Below are positions 19,299 to 29,348 of a stretch of DNA of 64,000 bases, in pieces. Position 1 is the first letter of the stretch, and every line of letters starts with the position of its first letter. The notes under the pieces are model-generated. The model saw only the letters and a program-made list of their open reading frames with translations. It did no database searches and was not told where the DNA came from. Made by a program: the position numbers and the translations under genes. Origin of the DNA: Bacteroidota bacterium (GTDB lineage Bacteria; Bacteroidota; Bacteroidia; Chitinophagales; LD1). The stretch lies in assembly GCA_016715625.1 (NCBI GenBank), contig JADJZU010000013.1:28397-92396 (forward strand), in the 5' to 3' direction.

Positions 19299-20259
19299 TT
19301 TTTTGAAGCCGACTGTTAGTGTCAGGCTTATGACATTTAATCACGCCAAATTTGTAACTCAAGCATTGGATAGTGCATTGGCTCAGCAGACAAGTTTTCC
19401 AATAGAGGTTGTTATAGGAGATGACTATTCTAACGATGGCACTCATGCTACACTTGAGACTTATCAAAAAAGGTTTCCGGACAAAATAAGGCTGCTAAAA
19501 AGACCATTAAATGGTGCGTATTGGCAAAAAAGGCAGCACGGAAATCATCTCACTAATTTTGTTGATATAGTGGAAAACTGCCATGGCAAGTACATTGCAT
19601 TGCTTGATGGAGATGATATGTGGACAGATACTAATAAACTGCAGCAACAAGTTGATTTCTTGGACAAGAATCCGGATTACGTGATGTCCTGTCATTATGT
19701 TAGATACTTGAATGAAGAACAAGGAACTTTTAAATTTCCGGATATGTCATTCTCTCAAGCGTATGATACGTATACATTGGACGACTTGCTCAAAGGTAAT
19801 TTTATTACCACTTGCTCGGTGGTGTTTAGAAACAATTATCAGATACCCAATTGGTTTACGCAATTATCAGTAGGTGATTGGCCACTTTATATTATTCTCT
19901 GTGGTTTGTCAAAGGGGAAAATCCATTGTTTAAACCAGTATTTGGCTACATACCGTATTCATACCGGGGGAGTATTTTCATTGCAAACTAAAATTAGTCA
20001 GGTTAAACGACTAATTGATGTTTGTGGAATCCTGCTGAAACAAAATAATTTTTTGGATTACAATCAGCAACGTCTATTACGAAAACTGGAGGCCGAATAC
20101 CATCTTCAATTACTTAGCACCATTCACACTAAAACCATAGATAGAAAAACAAGATTGAAGTGGTTTTTTGAAACAGTGAAACGGATCAAATACTTTAGTT
20201 CAACAGAGTTTAGATACCTATTGGTGTATTTTTTAGATACATTAACGAATAGGAAATAA
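19285..20259 (+). CDS. Family 2 glycosyltransferase
   Basis: VSVRLMTFNHAKFVTQALDSALAQQ...EVVIGDDYSNDGT and a DxD motif in ALLDGDDMW. Confidence 0.8.
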   Translation: MDTHNFLKPTVSVRLMTFNHAKFVTQALDSALAQQTSFPIEVVIGDDYSNDGTHATLETYQKRFPDKIRLLKRPLNGAYWQKRQHGNHLTNFVDIVENCHGKYIALLDGDDMWTDTNKLQQQVDFLDKNPDYVMSCHYVRYLNEEQGTFKFPDMSFSQAYDTYTLDDLLKGNFITTCSVVFRNNYQIPNWFTQLSVGDWPLYIILCGLSKGKIHCLNQYLATYRIHTGGVFSLQTKISQVKRLIDVCGILLKQNNFLDYNQQRLLRKLEAEYHLQLLSTIHTKTIDRKTRLKWFFETVKRIKYFSSTEFRYLLVYFLDTLTNRK

Positions 20260-20269
20260 CTTACTTTCC

Positions 20270-21190
20270 ATGAAAGATGATTCGAAGTTAACAGTCGTGA
20301 TTCCTGCCTATAACGCTGAAAAGTATATTGGTGAAACGCTTGAATCTATAGTTCGACAAATCACAAATTTTGATTTTAGCATTCTGGTTTCGGATGATTG
20401 CTCCACAGATACTACACATGAGATTTGCATGGCTTATAAGGCGCGATTCCCTAATTTATCGGTTGTAAAGCAAGTTAAGAATCTCGGTATGGCAGCAAAT
20501 CAGCACTTTGTCATTACTCAACCCAACACGAAGTATATAGCGTATTTAGATAGTGACGACATATTCGCTTGCGATAATTATTTACAGCTGCAATTTGATT
20601 TTTTGGAAACTCATGAAACTTGTGCATTAGTATTTAGCAACGTGGAGATATTCGGCAAAGGTCAGCCGTCAAGAATTAGATTCATGGATGCCGTTAAGCC
20701 ACCTATGATCTTTAACTTACATGCTTATCTTGACCAAGTGATCCCTATCTGCAACAGTGCAATGGTATTTAGAAGTAAGTTTAACTCTCAAATTCCTTTA
20801 CTCTTTAAAAATTACTTTCAGTATGATTGGTTGTTACATATCTATCATGGGCTGAACGGTAATTTTGGTTATAATGATTTCGTTGGAGTGCGCTATAGAG
20901 TTCATTCTAACAATGCCACAAGCACAAGAAATACAGAAAAAATTGCTTTGGATGCAATAGAACTTGTGTACAAAATGCAAGAGCTTTTACCTGTAGAATA
21001 CCATCAGTACTTCACACACCCTAGATATGAAATGAATCGTTTGGCTTTGTTTTACCTTACTGAGAGAAAGTGGTTATCATTTGTCCACTGGTACAGAAAG
21101 TGGATTGAAGTGGCAGATTTTGAGAAAGTAAACTGGCGCGATCAGTTTTATCTATTTCGACAAGCGCTCTTTCACAAAAAATTAGGCTAA
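20270..21190 (+). CDS. Family 2 glycosyltransferase
   Basis: LTVVIPAYNAEKYIGETLESIVRQ...ILVSDDCSTDTT and AYLDSDDIF. Confidence 0.8.
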   Translation: MKDDSKLTVVIPAYNAEKYIGETLESIVRQITNFDFSILVSDDCSTDTTHEICMAYKARFPNLSVVKQVKNLGMAANQHFVITQPNTKYIAYLDSDDIFACDNYLQLQFDFLETHETCALVFSNVEIFGKGQPSRIRFMDAVKPPMIFNLHAYLDQVIPICNSAMVFRSKFNSQIPLLFKNYFQYDWLLHIYHGLNGNFGYNDFVGVRYRVHSNNATSTRNTEKIALDAIELVYKMQELLPVEYHQYFTHPRYEMNRLALFYLTERKWLSFVHWYRKWIEVADFEKVNWRDQFYLFRQALFHKKLG

Positions 21191-22419
21191 GACGCGCCTA
21201 ATAGCTTTTGATATACACTGTAATATTTTGCAACACCCGCTTCGAGCGAATATTGTTCAAACGCTTTGGCTCTAATTGCTTTAGCCTCTGTTTGTGCCTT
21301 ACATATTTCATTAACTGCAGCTTCATAAGTAGCAGAAGAGAAATCGGAGATGCAAATGCCTAGCTTTTCACTATTCACAATTTCGCTCACATCCCCAACG
21401 CCTGCGTTGCATATATGAGGGATGCCCATTCCCATTATTTCACCTTGTTTGGTTGGGGATGAAGCTTTTTTTGAATAGACCGGTTTAATAAAAAACATAC
21501 TCCACGAACTCAGTGCCAGATACAAAGGCACTTCAGCATGCCTTGCACTACTTACCAAGATGCGCTCCTCCGGAATCTCTTTTACTTTTGCTAATTGTTT
21601 AATGTGTACCGGTGAATCACCGGTAATAAAAAGAAATCGCGCATCAGGGATTTTGCCAAGTAAAATTTTAAAGAAATCGAGCATCTCCTCGGGCATATAC
21701 CAGGTGCCTACACTGCCTAAATAGGATAGCACAAAGGTATTAGGTGATAGCCCTAGTTGTGTTTTCAATTTTTGAAGTGCCACCTCGTTTATATTATCTC
21801 TACAAAACTTGTCGAGGTCAGCGCAGCAGGGGATAACTTGTATTGGTATGGGTTGCCCCTCAATACTTATCCAGGATTGAATCTCCCGTTTGCCGTTATC
21901 GGTAAGTGAAATGGAATAGTCTGCATTGCTAAAAAAATCTAACTCCTTTTTCTTAAAGAAACTGTAAATCAGTTTAAACGCAGGATTGCTTAGGTTCCAG
22001 ATTCCCCCCTCCCCCCTTTCATCCGCATAAAATCCTCGCATATCAAACAGGAACTTTATACCCGCCTTACGTTTCATAGCGAGGCCTACCATAGCGCTGA
22101 TGTAACTTCTGCAATGCACGAGTTTAAAACGCTTCTGCTTGTGAAGGGCAAAGGCTGTATGTCTCATTCTGAGAATATCCCAAAGTGTAGAAAGAATGGG
22201 TGGTTTTTTGGTGTAAGTAAGCGGCACCCATTCAATGTTGTTAGACAGCAAGATAGTGGAGACTTCTTCACGATGGCTTTCATATCTTTCTTGCTTTTCG
22301 AAACTTATGAGCGTAAAACGGTAGCCTAGTTTTGATAAGCCCTTGAGATAGGGAATAACCTGGCTCTGCCCTAATGGGTCTGTCATACCGTCATAACTGA
22401 TATAGAGAATATCGGTCAT
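21187..22419 (-). CDS. GT-B fold (family 4) glycosyltransferase
   Basis: Starting at the internal ATG gives MTDILYISYDGMTDPLGQSQVIPYLKGLSKLGY. The C-terminal half has the SPTKQGEIMGMGIPHI nucleotide-sugar binding pattern. The longer track ORF would overlap asnB by 60 nt. Confidence 0.7.
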   Translation of the reverse strand: MTDILYISYDGMTDPLGQSQVIPYLKGLSKLGYRFTLISFEKQERYESHREEVSTILLSNNIEWVPLTYTKKPPILSTLWDILRMRHTAFALHKQKRFKLVHCRSYISAMVGLAMKRKAGIKFLFDMRGFYADERGEGGIWNLSNPAFKLIYSFFKKKELDFFSNADYSISLTDNGKREIQSWISIEGQPIPIQVIPCCADLDKFCRDNINEVALQKLKTQLGLSPNTFVLSYLGSVGTWYMPEEMLDFFKILLGKIPDARFLFITGDSPVHIKQLAKVKEIPEERILVSSARHAEVPLYLALSSWSMFFIKPVYSKKASSPTKQGEIMGMGIPHICNAGVGDVSEIVNSEKLGICISDFSSATYEAAVNEICKAQTEAKAIRAKAFEQYSLEAGVAKYYSVYQKLLGAS

Positions 22420-24287
22420 GTAGTGGAATTTGTTTTGAACTCCAACATCCACCGGTGTAGTAGAAGCAAAGCCCATACACGGTTGTATAGGGTGTTGTCT
22501 CCCTTTATAAATCCGTCAATCAACTTGCGCACATATTCGTATCTGACCACGCCACATTTATTTACAGCTTCTTGGTTTAAGTATTTTTCAAGGAGATAGT
22601 ACAACTCTCCTCTCAACCATTTAGCGAGTGGTATGCTGAATCCCCACTTAGGTCTGTCGAAGTAATGTTTGGGAATATAGTCATACAATAATTCCTTTAA
22701 CAGATACTTGGATACCCCCTCTTTCTTTTTTAAATCGCTGTGCAGGTTGAGCGCAAACTCTACTACTCTGTAGTCGAGGAAAGGTGTTCTTGCTTCAAGC
22801 GAAAACTGCATGGACGCAATGTCAACTTTGGTCAGCAAATCGTCCGGTAGATAATAGTTGATATCAAAAAGTGCCTGTTCTTCCTGTACGGAAAGTTTTC
22901 GTTTAAGGTTGCTATAATTTTCATTAAACTGCATGGCTTCCGACTCATCCTTATGGTCACACAAGAGCTCATTTATTTCTGCCTCACTAAATAAATATTG
23001 TTCCTGCGAGAAGATGTGACTTTTTATACGTTCTTCACGAGGATAGTTTATCACTTTTGCGGCTCTTCGGTATCGTTCGCCCAGTATCGATAAGGCGGAT
23101 GCTACCGGTTTTCTAAATGCTTTCAATTTTGATCCGCTCAACCGCTGCGCCCAATCATACATACCGTATCCCAAAAACAACTCATCGCCTCCATCACCAC
23201 TCAAAGTCATAGTAACGTGTTGCCGCGCCATTTTTGACACCAACATGGTGGGTATGCCTGATGAATCTGCATACGGTTCATCGTAGGCAGTCATCATCCG
23301 TTCTATCAAATCCAGGGCATCGTTCTCGGTAACAATAAATTCATGATGATGAGTGCCCAAATGTTTGGAAACATTTTTAGCGTATTCACTCTCATTGAAT
23401 TTTGCCTCTTTGAACCCAATTGAAAATGTATTGACCGGTTGTGTTGAAATATTTTGCGCAAGAGCTGTTACCATACTGGAGTCAATCCCGCCACTTAAAA
23501 AAGTTCCAAAAGGAACATCGCTGATCATTCGATATTCCACGGAGCTGGTCAGCAAATTTTTCAGCTCTTGCTTAGCGGCATTGAAATCTTTAGTCGTGTT
23601 AGATTCAATTTTTTCTTGTGGGTTCCAATATTTTTTAATGGTGATTTCACCGTTTAGAATTTTCGCATAACTACCTTGTGGCAGTTTGGTGACTTCATTA
23701 TAAATAGTGTAAGGCCCCGGTATATAGCCGGCATATAAGAAAGAATGAATCGAATCTTTATTAATGCTGAATTTTGATTCCTCCGGACTTAAATTTCTTA
23801 GTGATTTTATTTCGGAGCTAAATGCGAATTTTTTGTTGCTCGCATAAACATATAGTGGTTTTACTCCGATCCTGTCGCGCAAGAGATATACGGATTTTTC
23901 GTGCTTGTCGTAAATAGCAATAGCAAACATGCCGTTGAAAAGATGAACACAACTGGGGCCTTTCAATACAAATGCTTCCAAAATAATCTCCGAATCGGAG
24001 GAGGTGTGCGGTACTATATCCAGTTGCCTGGCAATTTCTTTAAAGTTGTAAACCTCACCGTTAAATACCATTACATACCGGCCATTATGTGAGGTCATTG
24101 GCTGATTGGCAGCCGCACTTAAATCAATAATGCTAAGTCGTCTGTGGCCTAGGCCAATTGATTTATCTTCATTCCAATAAAAGCCACTGGCATCGGGACC
24201 ACGGTGACTGATTGCATCGGTCATCCTTTGTAAATCGATCTCAGAAAAATTTTGCTGAAGCGCGTAAACGCCTGTAATACCGCACAT
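22416..24287 (-). CDS. Asparagine synthase (glutamine-hydrolysing)-family amidotransferase, of the polysaccharide-locus type
   Basis: Ntn nucleophile MCGITGVY, the HRGPD motif and the PP-loop FLSGGIDSS. 623 aa. Confidence 0.85.
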   Translation of the reverse strand: MCGITGVYALQQNFSEIDLQRMTDAISHRGPDASGFYWNEDKSIGLGHRRLSIIDLSAAANQPMTSHNGRYVMVFNGEVYNFKEIARQLDIVPHTSSDSEIILEAFVLKGPSCVHLFNGMFAIAIYDKHEKSVYLLRDRIGVKPLYVYASNKKFAFSSEIKSLRNLSPEESKFSINKDSIHSFLYAGYIPGPYTIYNEVTKLPQGSYAKILNGEITIKKYWNPQEKIESNTTKDFNAAKQELKNLLTSSVEYRMISDVPFGTFLSGGIDSSMVTALAQNISTQPVNTFSIGFKEAKFNESEYAKNVSKHLGTHHHEFIVTENDALDLIERMMTAYDEPYADSSGIPTMLVSKMARQHVTMTLSGDGGDELFLGYGMYDWAQRLSGSKLKAFRKPVASALSILGERYRRAAKVINYPREERIKSHIFSQEQYLFSEAEINELLCDHKDESEAMQFNENYSNLKRKLSVQEEQALFDINYYLPDDLLTKVDIASMQFSLEARTPFLDYRVVEFALNLHSDLKKKEGVSKYLLKELLYDYIPKHYFDRPKWGFSIPLAKWLRGELYYLLEKYLNQEAVNKCGVVRYEYVRKLIDGFIKGDNTLYNRVWALLLLHRWMLEFKTNSTT

Positions 24288-24292
24288 AGATT

Positions 24293-25219
24293 TTAAGGCA
24301 GGCGATTTTGGATTGATTTCAGAAGAGGGTGATAGTCAGCTTTGATGCCAGTTGGTTCAGTATGTCTTATCTGATGTGTTATCTCAATACTCGGTATCAC
24401 AGTTTCAATACCGAAGCCATTTCCGGTAAGAATCTCCTGGTAGCTCTTGGTGTGTAATTCTTCAAAGCCCGAGTTGAACTCCACATAATCACCGGATACA
24501 TTCATGCTTCTGAGTGGCACCTGGCTGTTCGGAACAATAGTTGAGTTTGTACTCAGTAACCATTTAATGCGAGCGTTTTCCAGTTCTAAAAATCCGGCCG
24601 CAACATTTGCTTGATGTACATGGACAATACTTTGTTTAACACCACCAAACAAATAAGTTAGTAAATCGAAGAGGTGTATCCCGATGTTGGTGGCTATGCC
24701 ACCGCTTTTGCTTATATCACCTTTCCAACTTGTATGATACCATTTGCCTCTAGGGGTAATGTAAGTGAGCTCCACATCATGAATCTTTGAATTCATTTCG
24801 CTTACAACTCGTTTCTTCAATTCAATAATGTTTGGATGCAGTCGTAGTTGTAAAATGGTGTTTATTGAAAGCCCGCTATTCTTCTCTAATTCAAGCAAAT
24901 CGTATGCTTCAGCAGGATTTAACACAAGTGGCTTTTCACAGATTACGTTTAGGTTATGCTTTAAGCCCTGGGATACATGCCTATAATGCAAATGATTTGG
25001 AGAGCATACCGTCAGGAAATCCATCTTATTTTCAGTAAGGAACGTTTCAAACAATGATTGGTCAGTAAAGAAATCAGTATTCGGAAAGTATCGATCTACC
25101 ACACCCACGGCATCACTCGTATCATATGCAGCCACCAGATTGTTTCCGGTGTCTTTTATTGCTTTCAGATGTCTTGGGGCTACGTATCCCGCTAAGCCAA
25201 TTAAACCAAAGTTCTTCAT
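24293..25219 (-). CDS. Gfo/Idh/MocA-family NAD-dependent sugar oxidoreductase
   Basis: N-terminal Rossmann MKNFGLIGLAGYVAPRHLKAIKDTGNNLVAAYD and the EKP motif VICEKPL. Confidence 0.75.
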   Translation of the reverse strand: MKNFGLIGLAGYVAPRHLKAIKDTGNNLVAAYDTSDAVGVVDRYFPNTDFFTDQSLFETFLTENKMDFLTVCSPNHLHYRHVSQGLKHNLNVICEKPLVLNPAEAYDLLELEKNSGLSINTILQLRLHPNIIELKKRVVSEMNSKIHDVELTYITPRGKWYHTSWKGDISKSGGIATNIGIHLFDLLTYLFGGVKQSIVHVHQANVAAGFLELENARIKWLLSTNSTIVPNSQVPLRSMNVSGDYVEFNSGFEELHTKSYQEILTGNGFGIETVIPSIEITHQIRHTEPTGIKADYHPLLKSIQNRLP

Positions 25220-25300
25220 CGTGTATTTTTGTAACCGTGCCTTGGCTACTAATTTGTTCTATTCATTGAGATTGTTCAATAATTCAATCGATAAAATGGA

Positions 25301-26440
25301 TTATTGAGCTTCCGCTTGATATTTAACGCTGCCCGTCAGCTTTCTGTAAATGTCATACAGCCTGTTCAGCGCTTTTTCACTGTTTGGATAATCGCGATAG
25401 AGTTTAGGTGGATCAGCCATAATCTGTTTAAAAGTGGCTTCGCTTATCCCTAGTTTTTTGCAAACATAATCTTGCTCCTCTTTTGCTTTTACCGGGTCGT
25501 ATGGTTTTTTGTCAAACTCCTTTAACGCTTCTTCTCGGCTAACTTCACCAGCACAAATCTGTGTAGAAAGAGTGGCGCGTCTGTAATCTATGTTAAACTT
25601 TTCGGGTAAAATATAGGATTGAACAAAGCCGGTATACTTAGACTCGTAATGTTTTCCACCATAATACTTCCAGCCTAACTCTGTTTCTAAAATTCTCATA
25701 GCGTCAGCTTTATTGTAAGGCACATAATTGAGCATATAAATGATTCGAATACCTTTCACCACTTTGTAATAAGCTTCTTCTTTCCAGCCAAATCGAGGAA
25801 ATTTCTTCAGCTTTTTGGTTCCAAAGTTATCCTGGATGTAATCGAGGTAAGTCATGTCTTTGGCATTGTAATGCCAGGTTTTAGGAAGTATTCCCTCGGT
25901 AGCAAAATTCCCACCGCTGATTATGTATTTAATCCCATGCTGAGCGGCTATTTGATGGAGTGCTGCAGGAATGGCTATGTCGATAGGTGTTTCAATCTCC
26001 GGTACCGAAGCTTTTAGAAAAGCCAGTTGCAAATCTTTAAACTCCTCCCAATCCAGCACATAACTTTCGTAGTCAAACCCGAGTATCTGTGCAATGTTTT
26101 TTATGTTCTTAACAGATATTTCAGAGTTCCATCCATTGTCCATATGCACCAACAGAGGCTTTAGCCCCCGTTGCTTGGCTATATACGCTACATAACAGCT
26201 GTCAATACCACCGCTTATCCCAATCACACAATCGTATTCTTTCCCTTTGCCGGAGGCCTTAATATTCTCTATTATATCGATTAGTTGCCTATCGCTCTCT
26301 TCGCCTTTGTAAACTCGGTTGGCAATTCGAGTGTAGTATCCATTGCAGTGATAACAATTCCCTTTTTCATCAAATACAATATCAACATCTGATGTATCCA
26401 TGACACATCGGTTACATATTCTATACTCTTTTTCGTTCAT
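25301..26440 (-). CDS. N-acetyl sugar amidotransferase (WbuX/PseA-like PP-loop ATP pyrophosphatase)
   Basis: From the internal ATG: MNEKEYRICNRCVMDTSDVDIVFDEKGNCYHCNGY (Cys-rich N-terminus) and the PP-loop DCVIGISGGIDSCY. It is followed by HisF/HisH paralogs, as in known wbuXYZ cassettes. Confidence 0.75.
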   Translation of the reverse strand: MNEKEYRICNRCVMDTSDVDIVFDEKGNCYHCNGYYTRIANRVYKGEESDRQLIDIIENIKASGKGKEYDCVIGISGGIDSCYVAYIAKQRGLKPLLVHMDNGWNSEISVKNIKNIAQILGFDYESYVLDWEEFKDLQLAFLKASVPEIETPIDIAIPAALHQIAAQHGIKYIISGGNFATEGILPKTWHYNAKDMTYLDYIQDNFGTKKLKKFPRFGWKEEAYYKVVKGIRIIYMLNYVPYNKADAMRILETELGWKYYGGKHYESKYTGFVQSYILPEKFNIDYRRATLSTQICAGEVSREEALKEFDKKPYDPVKAKEEQDYVCKKLGISEATFKQIMADPPKLYRDYPNSEKALNRLYDIYRKLTGSVKYQAEAQ

Positions 26441-26453
26441 GCAGGACGTAATT

Positions 26454-27209
26454 TTAAATGCGCTCAATTTCTGTTTTTTCGGGATAGCTGATGAGCACAC
26501 CGTTTCTAGAACCTTTATATACAAATATACTTCCCGCAGCCAATCCATTGGCATAAGCAGAGCGGTAGGCCTCTCTCAGGTGCTGCATATTTCCGGCACC
26601 GCCTAAAGCTACCACAGGTATCTTTACTGATTCGGAGATAGAGCGTATCAAGTCGATGTCATATCCGGTCATGGCACCATCCTTTTCTATGGACTGCACA
26701 ATCAGTTCTCCGGCTCCTTTTTCCTCCATAATTTTAGCGAAATCTATGGGGTTGTATCCGGTCGGTTTACTGCCGGCCAATGTCCAAGTCTGTGTTTTAC
26801 CCAGGAATTTTTTCTTAACATCCATACACACTACAATAGTGGAGGAGCCAAATGTATCAGCAGCTTCTTGAATGAAATCCGGATTTTCGGCTGCATACGT
26901 ATTAATGACAACTTTTTCTGCTCCTGCTCCTATAATATCACGAATTTGTTCAATCTTTCTAATGCCTCCACCCACAGCAAACGGCATATTTGCCTCTTCG
27001 CCCACTTCTCTTACAAAATCAAGCGAAATGAGCCGCTTTTCAGCGGAGGCGGTAATATCCAGAAAAACCAATTCATCTGCTTTGGAGTCATTGAAAATTC
27101 TAACTGCATTAATGGGGTCGCCTATGTATTTATAGTCTTTGAATTCTTTGGACTTGTACAGGGCACCACCTTTTAAAAGCAAAACGGGAATGATTCGTGG
27201 TCTGAACAT
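26454..27209 (-). CDS. Imidazole glycerol phosphate synthase cyclase-subunit paralog (HisF/WbuZ-like)
   Basis: IIPVLLLKGGALYKSKEFKDYKYIGDPINAVRIFNDSKADELVFLDI and AVGGGIR. 251 aa TIM-barrel pattern. Confidence 0.8.
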   Translation of the reverse strand: MFRPRIIPVLLLKGGALYKSKEFKDYKYIGDPINAVRIFNDSKADELVFLDITASAEKRLISLDFVREVGEEANMPFAVGGGIRKIEQIRDIIGAGAEKVVINTYAAENPDFIQEAADTFGSSTIVVCMDVKKKFLGKTQTWTLAGSKPTGYNPIDFAKIMEEKGAGELIVQSIEKDGAMTGYDIDLIRSISESVKIPVVALGGAGNMQHLREAYRSAYANGLAAGSIFVYKGSRNGVLISYPEKTEIERI

Positions 27210-27829
27210 TATAAATCGATGTAATTTTTTAAAAGTTGCGCACCCACATCGTGGCTTTTCTCCGGGTGATACTGAACCCCGAAGATATTTTCTTTCTCAA
27301 CGGCAGAAACAAAATTATAGTCATAGTCAGTTACATTCAATACGTCATTTTTATTGTATGATTTGAAATGAAAGGAATGCACAAAGTAAAACTCTGAAAG
27401 GTTAGGGATGTTCTTCATTAACGCACTATCTTTTACAATAGAAATTTGGTTCCAACCCATATGCGGAATCTTGTTTTTTAATGTATCCTGAACGCTAAAG
27501 CGGACGACTTCAGCATCAAACCATCCCATCCCCCCCACATTCCCTTCTTCACTTTTTTTTGCCATTAACTGCATGCCTAAGCAGATACCCAAAATTGGTT
27601 TCTTTTTTACAAGCACACTTTCTTGGATGGTTTCCATGAGGTGTGAGGAAACAAGATTTTCCATCGCTTTCTGAAAATGACCGACTCCGGGTAGAATAAT
27701 TTTATCGGCACCAGCAATTTCAGATGGAGAGGAGGATACAATAGCATTTGCATGAAGGCGGTACAGCTTTTTTCTCACTGAAAACAAATTGCCCATCCCA
27801 TAATCTACTATCACAATTTTACAGCTCAT
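27209..27829 (-). CDS. Glutamine amidotransferase subunit paralog (HisH/WbuY-like)
   Basis: IVIVDYGMGNLFSVRK, LPGVGHF, the catalytic GICLGMQL and YFVHSF. 206 aa. Confidence 0.8.
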   Translation of the reverse strand: MSCKIVIVDYGMGNLFSVRKKLYRLHANAIVSSSPSEIAGADKIILPGVGHFQKAMENLVSSHLMETIQESVLVKKKPILGICLGMQLMAKKSEEGNVGGMGWFDAEVVRFSVQDTLKNKIPHMGWNQISIVKDSALMKNIPNLSEFYFVHSFHFKSYNKNDVLNVTDYDYNFVSAVEKENIFGVQYHPEKSHDVGAQLLKNYIDL

Positions 27830-27832
27830 ACT

Positions 27833-29161
27833 TTATAGAATGTCTTTTATCACCTTTGCTAAATGTTGTACTTGAATTTTTCTTGAATAGTTTTCTACGT
27901 TTTTGGAATCACACCGTATCGTTCCCGTTTCTCTGAGTTCCGCATACAGCTCGCCCAATAGTGAAGTGAGTTGAGGTCCATCTTTTACCACTACTCCTGA
28001 GTTTGTCTCATGGATTAACTCCGTTTGCAATTGCGGTGCATCAAGAGAAGCGTCTTCTAGGTTGTAATACTTCTTTTTTAAATCATTAGCTACCGGATCG
28101 TTTTCAAAGCAAAGGATAATTTTTCTGCGGATGCCTATGTAGTCGTATATTTTGGTGCCCATATAGGAGTAATAATTAAAAAGCAACATGACGTTGTTTT
28201 TGGCAAGCTCCTTTTGCAAATCGGTATTCTCCATTTTAGGATGAATAGAAATACAATGTGCTATGGAGGCATATTCTTTGATTAACAAAGCTTGTAGTTC
28301 TTCCTGCAGGTTAATCCCGTAAAAATTTACCATCAGCTTTGCATCGGAATTGGCCTGTATAAATTCCGATATGGATTTCAGAATTACTTCGATGGGATGC
28401 CATTTCAAAATAGTACCAACAAAAGCAATCTGTAAAATTGTTTTGGATGGTGTTACTTGTGATGCTGCAGCAATAGCATCCGGATAAAATCCATTTGAAA
28501 TAATGTAGAAAGGCTTGTTTTGAACAAGCGCAGCAATCTTTTTCTCAAAAAAAGTAGATACGGTTGTTACCGCTTTAACTGTCTTTAGAATGCGGCTTTC
28601 TAAAAAGGAGTTCCATGCCTTTAAAATTGGATTTTGCTGTACCTTGCTGTCTTGCGACCAAGGGTCTCTGTAGTCAGCAATCCAAGGGGTATCAAATTCT
28701 TTACTCAAAGCAGCAGCATATCGAAATAAAACGTAGGGGTCGCCAGTGGCTATAATGCAATCAACTTGGTGTTCTTGCATATATTTTTTTGCCTCACTGT
28801 AGAGAGCTGATTTTGGACCTACGAAAAATAGATACTGTGCAAATTCGTAGTAGGCAGAAATTACTTTCCTTATAAATTGAAAACGTTCTGAACCATACTT
28901 CAACAGGAGCACATTGGATAAGTTGGGCCGGTAGGGCGTTCGCAAGGTGGTGCCGGTTTCGCTAACTTCTGAAACTGTAGAGTCAGAGTAACCCGGGGCT
29001 ACATAGTCAAGCCCGTTCTTATATGAATTGTTCCACTGTCTGGTTACAATAACTGGATAAATGTCAAACTCATGGAAGTATTTTAACCAGCTGTAGGGTC
29101 GAAGACCACCTACCGATACGTATGGCGGAAAGTCGTAAGCCAAAATCAATACTTTAACCAC
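27833..29161 (-). CDS. Putative GT-B fold glycosyltransferase
   Basis: MVKVLILAYDFPPYVSVGGLRPYSWLKYF is a GT4-like N-terminus. 442 aa. The C-terminal signature is weak. Confidence 0.5.
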   Translation of the reverse strand: MVKVLILAYDFPPYVSVGGLRPYSWLKYFHEFDIYPVIVTRQWNNSYKNGLDYVAPGYSDSTVSEVSETGTTLRTPYRPNLSNVLLLKYGSERFQFIRKVISAYYEFAQYLFFVGPKSALYSEAKKYMQEHQVDCIIATGDPYVLFRYAAALSKEFDTPWIADYRDPWSQDSKVQQNPILKAWNSFLESRILKTVKAVTTVSTFFEKKIAALVQNKPFYIISNGFYPDAIAAASQVTPSKTILQIAFVGTILKWHPIEVILKSISEFIQANSDAKLMVNFYGINLQEELQALLIKEYASIAHCISIHPKMENTDLQKELAKNNVMLLFNYYSYMGTKIYDYIGIRRKIILCFENDPVANDLKKKYYNLEDASLDAPQLQTELIHETNSGVVVKDGPQLTSLLGELYAELRETGTIRCDSKNVENYSRKIQVQHLAKVIKDIL

Positions 29162-29348
29162 AAGGAATAATTAACGAAACTATAAACTTCAGATGTGAAT
29201 GAATCAGTCACAAATTAATTGATTTTATCCAATACCATTGGCGAAATCGATTGAATAATCGGGTTTTGATAAAGTTACTTTACTTGTAAAAAAACATTTA
29301 TTTGCCCACTTTACGCTTCAGCTTAAGTTAGATTTACAATTGTTACCT

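Noticed and set aside
29162-29339. An invertible (phase-variable) promoter between the divergent glycan sub-operons, as found in Bacteroides capsule loci.
   Set aside because: Only short palindromes are present (AATCGATT, CGATTgaatAATCG). There are no flanking inverted repeats of 15 bp or more, and there is no nearby recombinase gene.
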